Assembly: GCA_965202585.1 (NCBI GenBank) | Contig: OZ241826.1 | Span: forward strand, 70,804,001 to 70,868,000 | DNA length: 64,000 bases | Source: Thalia democratica | Taxonomy: Eukaryota | Reading direction: 5' to 3' | Shown here: positions 25,075 to 34,927 of the stretch, one piece after another | How positions within the stretch are numbered: position 1 is the first letter of the stretch | Layout: each line of letters starts with the position of its first letter | Notes under the pieces: model-generated | Database searches by the model: none | Told to the model about the DNA's origin: nothing | What the model saw: only the letters and a program-made list of their open reading frames with translations | Translations under genes and position numbers: made by a program

Positions 25075-27935
25075 ATGCGTGATTTAAAATACAAAATTCT
25101 AGGACTGTTAATCCTGAGCTCCGGCCTTTTGGTCGCTGCAAACGAGAACTCAAAGAAGGACGACATCCAAGGAAGAATATACGGAGGCAGCGACGTGAGG
25201 CCAGGTGATTTCCCTTTTTTCGGCTCGTTGGCCATAAAAGACTTAAAGTCCATAAACGAAGTCAAAATGTGCGGTTGCACCATTCTCGGCAGAAAGTGGG
25301 TCGCCTCGGTCACTTCATGCACCAAAGACTATCCCGCTGAACAAATTTACGTGTACGCAGGGTATCCCACAACAACAATTACGAACTACAATCAGAACAT
25401 CAGAGCCAGAGCGAAGTACGAGCATCCCGACTACGAACCCAACCTCAACGACATCGTTCTCGTAGAGCTCAAAAAAGATTTGGTCTACAGCAACCTGGTG
25501 CTGCCCATCCAGTTGCCTCTGAACGACAGAGACGTGGCTCCCGTCAAAACCGAGTGCGCCATCATGGGATATGGAGAGACCGAGGACGACCCGATCACGA
25601 CGGTCCACAGGCCGATGAAGCAGGGAACCGTGTACGTCGTCCCGAAGGTGGACTGCCAGTTCACGTACGGCAACATCATCAAAGACTCGCACGTCTGCGC
25701 CAACCACCCGACCCAGATCACCGGAATCTGCAAGGGGGACGCCGGTTCGCCGCTGGCCTGCTTCGACGACTCCAAGCAGGACTGGGTGCTGAGAGGGGTG
25801 GCCAGCTTCGGAACTTCGGTGTGCGGCGTCGCCTCCGCCCCCGAGGTCTTCACGAGGATCTCGCAATACGTCAAGTGGATCAGGGAAAAGGTGATAGAGT
25901 GCAACCTGCCACCGAAGCTGCCTCCGAACGTCTTCACGAACGCGACGCACCACCACGAAGGAAACTTCAAGGTGGGCGAGAAGATCCAGCTGTTCTGCGA
26001 GGAAGGGTATGAACTGAAGAAGGGAGCAACCGAGTCAACGTGCCAGATGGGCGGCGTCTTCGACAAAATCGACACGGAATGTAGGAAAAAGTCCATATAC
26101 GGCGAGTGGAAGATCGGAGAGTGCAGCGTGACGTGCGGAGAAGGAACCAGGATGGACACGAGGGAGTGCCTGGAAGGGGTTTGCCCTAAACACCTGTACG
26201 TGGTTTCCCCCTGCTGGCTGAAGTCTTGCTCCGACGGCAACAACGTTTGCGAGGACCTCAAGTGCTCCCATTTTGCATCGTGCGAGAAGTTCTTCGACGA
26301 GGAAAACTTCAACTGTCACTGCATACCCGGGTTCATCGGCAACGGCAAAACTTGCACGAGGAAGCCTGTGGAAGAAGAAGAGGAACCGGAAACAGAAGGT
26401 GAGTGTAAAAGAAATTAATTTATTTAAATTGTAAAGAAGAGCTAATACCAGGAGTAATATTCTGGAATTTTTATTAAAAACCTAAAAAGAAACAAGTTTC
26501 AAGATCCATTTGCGTTAAAGTTATTAAAAAAATATTAAAATCGGTCATAACAAAGTTTAGGTAAGGCATCAAAAAAACCTGAAAAAGATTTACTTTATTT
26601 AATTAAACCGAAAAATATACTATGCTGCACAAACTGCATAGTGGTATATATTTATTATGTTATTATACAAACAAACTGTAAAAGGTTATTTGACAATGTT
26701 ATTTTATTAACAACTTTATTATACTACACACCGTTTAAAATAATTCTAAGTAAACTTAATAATTTTTTAATTAACAAAAGTATCCCAGTAAAACAAAATG
26801 ACAAGGTTAAATAAAACAAACCAAAATTCCGAGTTTCCAACAAGAAAGAATTTAACAATTTTTTTTTAATAAGTAAGTTTTTTCTTTTTACAACATAAAG
26901 CTTGTAATAGCTTGTAATAATTTTACTTAAAAACAGTATTTTTCAACAAGAAAATTTAATTAGAGTTCATTTGATTGCTCTTACTTAAAATGTACAGTCA
27001 TGTTTTAAAGTTAGACAATACTAAGATTGTGATAAAACGTAACTTGGTATACAAATAAAAGTATTGATTAGCTAGGCCTGTTTATGTTTTAATGCATAAA
27101 TGTAGATGGTAAAACAAAAATTAATAATAAAACTAACAAAAAAGTCCAATTAAATTAGTAATTAAAGTTTTGTAAGTTTTTAGGCGTAGGGATCAACCAG
27201 AACTATTGTTATTTAAAATTTGAAATTCCTTTTTTCTAAAAATTGTCAAAATGAATGGAAAATTTTACGAAAATAAATACTTGTAGTTGAATTATGTTCT
27301 CAATTATTTATTATGCTTTTGTACATGTTATACTTATTTTTTTATGTAGTTTTTACTTTTTACCTACAATAATTCATTATTAGTAATAAAACGATTAGTA
27401 TAGAAAAGAAAGCTAGAATAAGATATATTTAATCTAATATAAGGTTTTATCACAAAATGATTTATAATGAAATAAAAACAACTCGCATCTAAACTACAGC
27501 CTTACTTAAAAAAAAACTTTGTCTAAAGTAAACACCATTTTTCCAATCCTAAATCAATTTACTACACTTAAACTTTCAGAAGTACCCGTATACACGGACT
27601 GGACACTTGGCAGGTGCAGGGGCAGGTGCGGAACCGGAAAGAGAACGGACACTAGACAGTGCGTGAAAGGCAACTGCGTGGAGGCGATCTTCAGGCTGGT
27701 CGACTGCAGGCTGCCCAATCCGTGCCCGGAAAACAACCACGACGAGTGCAAGAAGCACTCACTGGACTGCCACAAGGAGGCCAGGTGCGTGAAGCTGGAG
27801 AAGGAGCTGAGTTTCGTGTGCGAGTGCGTTGACGGGTTTTTTGGCAACGGGAAAATTTGCGGTTTGAACGGCGGCCCGAAGCTTGGTGTGAACAAATTTG
27901 TGTTTGTTTTGGTGGCAGCTTACTTTTTGTTCTAA
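25075..27935 (+). CDS. Protease homolog P3 (catalytically inactive): SP-Trypsin(H57S,S195A)-CCP-TSP1-EGF-TSP1-EGF-putative GPI signal, 559 aa
   Basis: Exon 1 25075-26398 (GAA G|gtgagt), exon 2 27580-27935 (tttcag|AA), 1680 nt in frame. VTSC replaces AAHC, GDAGSP replaces GDSGGP, LNDI is retained. Tail CGLNGGPKLGVNKFVFVLVAAYFLF. Confidence 0.92.
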
Positions 27936-29033
27936 AAAATGCTGCGTCTGACTGGAGATGAAATATATAAAGAAATAAATAAAGCGTAATTAAAAAAAAC
28001 TATTTGGAATTTTTGTTCAAAACTTATATTAAGATTTAAAACATTCAAAAGAGATAAAAAAATTATCGTATTGAAGTTAATAAAAAAGTTCTAATAAAAG
28101 AAATTTTAAACCAAGGCTTAACTTTAAAGCAATATGAGTTTTATAACTTGATTAAAATTCAAAAATGAAGTTTTAAATTATTTCATAGACGCCAGAGGGC
28201 AAAAACGGTTACGGCTGATAATAAATAAAAAAACCAAAAACTTATGTGACTCAGAAACTTAGTTTTGTTAGTCTAACTGGTTACGTTTGTTATATATGTT
28301 ACCTATTTTTTTTAATACTAAAAAAGAAAAAAAAAAATTCAAGCTGTATTTGACTATTTTTACTGTAAACTACATATATTTAGTCTACCAAGTTTGGCAA
28401 AGGTTAAAAATACTAATATACTTAGAGTACACCTTAATCTAAAACATAGCTGTTGGTTAAATAATTTCATCAAAAAAGTTAAAGTTTAGAAAATTAGAAT
28501 ACATAATCTTCGTGATTCAGATAAAATAGCTTTGATTAAAAAGAATTAATTTAGCCAGAATTAAAAATGATTGAACATTTGTATTAATTCTATACTCTAC
28601 CCAAGTACTTAGTTTTGGTTTGAAAAACGATGACAAAGTGTGTTTAGCTTAACTTGATCACTTTTCTTCCTCATTATAATTTTTTAATGTGATTTATGTC
28701 TAAAAAAACAAACATTTTTTAATAACAATCGTTAAAGCAAACTCTTATCTAAATCTTAAATTTTAAGCTGTTATTTCTTTACATTAGAAATAGATACTTT
28801 GTGTTAAGAAAGATGGTACTAAAGTGCTATTATATATATTCTCTAAACTAAAGTCTACTTTAATTCTTGTTGTTCTATATGATTTTACAATCACAAAAAA
28901 AAAAAAGAAATAAATAAAAAAAACATATTCAATTCTATGTAATTTTTATAATTTGTTGCTAAGTATTACAAAGCTGTGTTGAAGAAAACAAGCTAGTAAA
29001 TTTTTTTTCAAAGTTACATGCCTAAAATTACAA

Positions 29034-31025
29034 ATGCATTTTTTCTTCTCCTTATGTTTGCTATCTCTGAACTTCAACACCTTCGCGCTTGCAAAAAAAA
29101 TCAATCTCACCGGAAGAATATTCAACGGGAAGGACGCGCCACCGGGAAAATGGCCTTTTTACAGCCTGCTGGTCATCAGGGCGGTCGAGGGCGCCGACGA
29201 AAGAAGTGCTTGCGGGTGCGTTGTCATCGCAACGAAGTGGATCGTGTCCGCGGCCCACTGCACCGTCGGCCACCCGGCTGACACTCTGTTCGTCCACGCA
29301 GGCTTCCCCACATCGATGATTCTGAATTACGAACAGAGATCGGGAGTGAAGGCAAAACACGAGCATCCGGAATTCAACTCCTTTTACGTTCTGAACGACA
29401 TCGTGCTGCTAGAACTGAAAAACGAATTAAAATATGGTCCTTTAGTGCGGCCGATTTCGCTGCCGGAGAACAAGGTTCCGAAGGTTTCCGAGGGAAAAGA
29501 GTGCAAGATCGTGGGTTTCGGCAAGACGGGAGGTGCGGAGACGCTGCAGGAAAGAAAGCTTCAGGAGGGAGACGTGACTGTCATATCCAAGTTCGACTGC
29601 CTGTTCGCCTACGGTCACATCATCAGGGACTCAAACATCTGTGCCAACCACCCGACCGCGGCCACCGGGTCGTGCAAAGGGGATTCGGGAGGACCGCTGG
29701 CCTGCCTCGATGACAGCAGAAACGAATATGTTCTCAGAGGAGTGACAAGCTTCGGTGCCACCCATTGCGGTGACAATACAACTCCGGAAGTTTGGTCGAG
29801 AGTTACTTGGTACCTGGATTGGATCAAAGAAAAAATGCGTGAAACTAATGGTTTGTATGTTTAACTTTAGTATGCTAGATCAGTTCAGGACTAAGACGCT
29901 TATTTTTGGTAGATAGTTTTATAGTTTTTAATTTATAAATGTTAATCTTTAAGATGTTTTCTTGAGTATAGAAGATTTAATTAAAAAATGAACTAGCAGT
30001 TTTGCTATAACTATTAAATAACTGTTGATAAAACAATATTTATGGTCTTTATAACTTATTTTATTTTTTTTTTGCAATGATCCCCGCTTGATCTAATTAA
30101 ACTGTTATTCTAGTATTAAGTATACTATAAAGTAAGTATTAAAATAAAAATTCACATTAGATGATGGAAAAAATTAACAAGATTTAAAAAATATGGAAAG
30201 TTATAGTTTTTGCTTTTTTATTTGTCGAAATGATTTAGTACAATTTAGCCTTTTTGTTAAGTCTTTGCACTCAAATTTATCTTTTTATTTTGAATTTTTT
30301 AATTATGTAAAAGTCTAGTTGGGTTTAATTTTGACTCTACTTTAAAGGAAATACTAAAAAACATTTTTTAGTCTAGCAGCAACCTACCTTAAAAACTATC
30401 CGTTTTAAAAACTTGAATAAGTTTTGTCTACTTATAGGAGTTAGTAATTTTAGTAAAAAGAAGCAGAGCTTTTAAAATCCACATGAGAACATAGTTTATT
30501 TACGAGCATATAAGTTCTGATCCATTGTTAAATTTTTCTTATTTAAAAAACAAAAGTTAGAGCAGTACAATTTTATTTTAAATGAAGAATTTTTCTCAAA
30601 TTTTTTCTTAAAACATATACAAACTTAAGCTAACAAAAGTAAGTTGAAATGTAAACAAAATATACTTTTTAGTTGATGGTTCATACACGGAATGGAGCCT
30701 GGGTAAATGTGATGGTGACTGCGGAACTGGATCAAGAACAGACATGAGAGAGTGCGTAGGAAAAAATTGCAATAAAGAACTTTCACGGACCGTCAATTGC
30801 ACTTTGCCGAACCCTTGCGAGCAAGGATGCAATAAGCTGAGCTTGGATTGTTCCAAGCATGCGAGTTGCATTAAATCGACAAAAAGTCTAGAATTTATTT
30901 GCGAGTGCTTAGATGGCTTTACTGGAAATGGTACCGTGTGTGTTTCTAACGGAAGTTTTAGAGTTAAAACGAATCTGGTAGTTTTTGGACTGGTAATTAC
31001 AATTAAAAGTTACCTTAAAGTTTAG
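29034..31025 (+). CDS. Protease P4: SP-Trypsin-TSP1-EGF-putative GPI signal, 389 aa
   Basis: Exon 1 29034-29850 (AAT G|gtttgt), exon 2 30673-31025 (tttag|TT GAT GGT TCA TAC ACG GAA TGG), 1170 nt. LTGR|IFNG, AAHC, LNDI, GDSGGP. Tail CVSNGSFRVKTNLVVFGLVITIKSYLKV. Start codon slightly uncertain (out-of-frame ATG at 29018). Confidence 0.9.
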
Positions 31026-31764
31026 AAACAGACAATTAGGTGCAAAGTTTATTAAAACAAGCGTACGTAGAATAAAAATAAATGAGGAAGAAAAAATATT
31101 TAATTATTAACTTGTATCTTTTTTTTATCTGAAAATTTAAAAGTTTAGCTACTCACAATTATTTTTGGTTTTGTTTATACTAAATGAAGTTTATATAATA
31201 TTCTAACAATCATTTTGTGCTAATTAAGATAAAACTAGCTAAGTATTAGAAAAAGTGAATGTTCCATTAAAAACTACCTTTTTGAAAAGTATTAGTTGTT
31301 ATATTCAATACACTTTTACGATATTTTTTGGTTAGATAGTTATAATAAGTTTGTAACTTTTTTCATAAGATAGATGATCAACAGAAGTTCTTAAAACTTT
31401 GTAATAAGTAAAATACGTTGTTAGTATTCATTTTCTTTTGTATAAGACTTAATAATGCTTTTGCTTATATATAGATATTTCAGCTTAATCTGTTTACCAT
31501 TTTATAATTATAAATTTGCATTCAAAAATTCAAAAAAACGAAGTTAGTTAATAAATTTTAATTAATTTTTAAAAGTTTTCTTTCCATTAACAACCCAGTT
31601 GAATTTGTTGATTCGTTAACACACAGAAACATATGTTGGTACAATAAAGGAAGATTACTGTATAATTGTTTTTATTAATAAATTTTAGTAGTTTTGTTGC
31701 TAAGTAGATTGATAAATGAAAATAAGGAACAAAATCGAACAAATATGTTTGACCGTCATACCAT

Positions 31765-34700
31765 ATGAAGTATTTTTCTAAAGCAGAGTTTGTAGGACTT
31801 TTGCTGCTTAGCGTAAGTTTTTTAACATTGGCAGACCAAAATTTGAAAATAGACCAAATCAAAGGCAAGATCTTTGGCGGGAAAAACGCAGAGCCGGGAA
31901 AATGGCCGTTTTATTCTTTCTTAGCCGTAAAATCATTTTCAAACCCGTTCTCAATATCTTCATGCGGCAGCGTCATTATCGGGAAAAAGTGGGTCGTTTC
32001 AGCGACACACTGCACGTTCGGTTCTCCCGCCAAGAACATTTACGTTTACGCGGGATATCCAACGTCAGAGTTTCTAAATTACGAGCAGAGTTCTGTCGCT
32101 CGAGCCAAGTACGAATACCCAAACTACAACGTCAGAACCGTTCGAAACGACATTGTTCTTGTTGAGCTGAAAAAAAACCTAGTGTTTAATGAGTTTGTTC
32201 AGGCCATAAAACTGCCTGAAAATAACGAACGAGTTCCAGCTGGCAGTGAGTGCGCTATCATTGGCTACGGAAAAACTGAAGAAGACATCTCAAAAAAGGA
32301 AAGAATTCTGAAAGTGGGACTTATTTATATTATCAGTCAAAGGCAGTGTTCTTCAATTTACGGCAACATTATTAGAGAATCCAACATCTGCGCCAACGAT
32401 CCGACTGCGTCAGTCGGAGCTTGCAAAGGAGACTCCGGCGGGCCTCTCGCTTGTTTTGACGAAGATAAAAACGAATATGTCCTCAGAGGAGTGACGAGCT
32501 TCGGAAGTCCAAACTGCGGCGACAGGGACACCCCGGAAGTGTGGACCAGGATAAGTTGGTACCTGGGTTGGATAAAACAACTGATGACAGAGTGCAACTT
32601 TCCCGCTGAGCTGCCCGTCAACTCTTACACCCTGTCGACGCAAACAAAGTTCAAAGTGGGCGAGGTATTGTCCGTTTTTTGCAAACCCGGCTTCATGCAG
32701 TCCGGAACCGCGCAGGTCGAGTGCCGGAAAAACGGATACTTTGACGAAATTGACACCAGATGCGTCGAGCAAGGGTTTTACGGCGACTGGAAGATCGGGA
32801 CGTGCAGCGTCACCTGCGCCACCGGAACCAGAATGGACGCTAGAGAGTGCGTGGCTGGAATTTGCGACGAGCCGCTTGTGAGGGTTTCCGCTTGCCGGCT
32901 GCAACCCTGCCCGGAAGGCGACGACGTTTGCGCTTCACTGAGCTGCTCGAAAAACGCGGTGTGCGAGAAAATTGGTAAGGTGTACGAGTGTGAGTGCCTG
33001 CCCGGTTTTATGGGAAATGGTTTTAGTTGCGCGAGTGAAGAGTTAGGGACTCTTGTTCGTTCAAACTTGAAAATTGGTTTGTAGTTTTATGTTCAATTTA
33101 TAAATTTTTGTTTACTTATTTATACCAAGGTTGCCTAAGGTAAAAAAAAAGAATTCCATGTTTTCTAAATTTCTTCAAAGTTTTAAAAAGTACAATTTTT
33201 TTTGTATATTTACTATAAATCTAAGTTTAAGGTGAAAACCGTCTTAAATAGTATAAAAATATTGAAAAAATACTGTAATGCAACTTTTAAAATGTTTTAC
33301 AATAAATAATTTTCTTAATGAAAAAAAAAATTTTTTGATACAATGATATATTTTTTGTATCTAATCAAAGTTTCCTCTTTTTGAAAATGTTAAAAATTCA
33401 AAGTTTTTTATTTATTATTATTTTTTCAAATTCCAAGTTTTTTAACCTAAACTGTCAAATTCTAGGTTTTTTGACGATCCTGTTATATAAAAGTTTTTCA
33501 ACTTTTATTAAAACTTAGCCATACAGTCATTTGTTTATTAAATAAAGTTTTCTTGTGATTGTCGAAAACCTTATTAAAGCAACAAATTTTTGAAATTAAT
33601 CTTTGAAATTTATGATTACATATAGAAATTAGTTTTTTAAGACATATTTTTTTAGTTTAAAACCGTATTATTGGTAGCTAATTTTTATGATCAACATTAA
33701 AATGTTACCTAGTTTTTGTTGAAAAGGTTTTCGAATTTCTTTTAATTTCGTTTATAATCAAATTTAGTGATCTACCGGATCCGGCCGGATTAAGCTTTTT
33801 TCACTACTATCTGGATCCTAATATAAAAAATAAATCCAAAACCAACCGGGTCTCGATTTAAAAAAATAGATCCGGATCTGATGTTGGCCGGATTTTGCGG
33901 ATCCTCCGGTAGATCACTAGCTTTTGCATTTGGTTTCAAAAAATATATTTGGATCCAGTTTTAAAAAAAGCAATAGTTATTTTTATTGTTCAAAAAATTT
34001 TTATAAAGAAGCAACCACACTAAATTTATAACAAAACGTTCCCTAACAAAACACAAGTAAACTATCGCGTTTAAAAAACATCACAGTATCAATACTTTAC
34101 AAAATTGTAATTGATGTATGTTGTAGGTGTAAAGAAGACTTTTTGTCTAATTTTTTCAACTATTTAAATGCAATAGTTGCCAAACGTTTGCTTCTCTAGT
34201 TTAAACAATTTTAGAAACTTAGTTTTGCTTTTAGTAAGTTATTGTACCTTGAGGTGCAAAATTTTATAAAATAATCAAGCAAAGTAATAGTTTAGAAAAC
34301 AGCTAAAGTAGGTATACAAATATAATAAATAACTATTCTTATTAACTTTATTAATAGATGTATTTTTAAGACTTTTCTGTATTTGTTTAATCTTTGTTTC
34401 AAACTATCAACTTAAATCTTTTGTATCACTTTTTCAGATGGTCCTTTCTATTCTGAGTGGAAACTTGGAAAATGTGAAGGAGTTTGCGGTGTCGGGCGTA
34501 GAAACGACACAAGAAAATGCGCAAGAGGCGACTGCAAAGAACAACTTGAGAGAACAACAAACTGCATTTTGCCCAATCAATGCGAAGATTGTGAAGACCT
34601 GAACTGCTCTGAAAACTCCAGATGTGCCAAAATTAGCCCTGAACTGCCGTATCAGTGTGTATGTTCGCCTGGTTTCTATGGAAACGGGACTGTTTGCAGC

Positions 34701-34775
34701 TCTGCAAACATCCTAATATGTGGCATGAAGCAGTACTTGATCATTATGATAATGGTGTTTTACTGCTACTTATAA
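31765..34775 (+). CDS. Protease P5: SP-Trypsin-CCP-TSP1-EGF-TSP1-EGF-putative GPI signal, 549 aa
   Basis: Exon 1 31765-33076 (ATT G|gtttgt), exon 2 34438-34775 (tttcag|AT GGT CCT TTC TAT TCT GAG TGG), 1650 nt. IKGK|IFGG, ATHC, RNDI, GDSGGP. Tail CSSANILICGMKQYLIIMIMVFYCYL. Confidence 0.92.
33765..33919. mobile_element. 155-bp MITE of the TAGTGAT (hAT-like) family in the P5 intron
   Basis: Perfect 15-bp TIR TAGTGATCTACCGGA / TCCGGTAGATCACTA and internal ATCCGG motifs as in 2863-4651. No TSD recognisable. Confidence 0.75.
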
Positions 34776-34927
34776 AGAACACCATTATATCAGTTTACGT
34801 AAATGTATTCTTTTAGTTTTAGGCAGAGTTTTTAAGAAACTATTATTTTTTCTTTTAAGCTTCAAAGTGTTTAATTGAAATAAAATAAATTGTACTCTTG
34901 ATTATTAATTGTAACTTTATTCTGACA

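Noticed and set aside
19097-32904. Numerous 60-275 aa ORFs overlapping the protease genes on the opposite strand or in other frames (e.g. 19097-19618, 25315-25956, 25485-26312, 32410-32904)
   Set aside because: These are shadow ORFs caused by the GC-rich, stop-poor codon usage of the real CDS. They have no recognisable domains.
18243-34775. Horizontal-transfer origin of the GC-rich protease genes
   Set aside because: Core arrestin exons are equally GC-rich, and the genes have spliceosomal introns and metazoan CCP/TSP1/EGF modules.
25075-34775. Operon (polycistronic) organisation of P3-P4-P5
   Set aside because: The gaps of about 1.1 kb and 0.74 kb are far longer than typical intercistronic spacers in trans-splicing operons. 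Not excluded, but unsupported.
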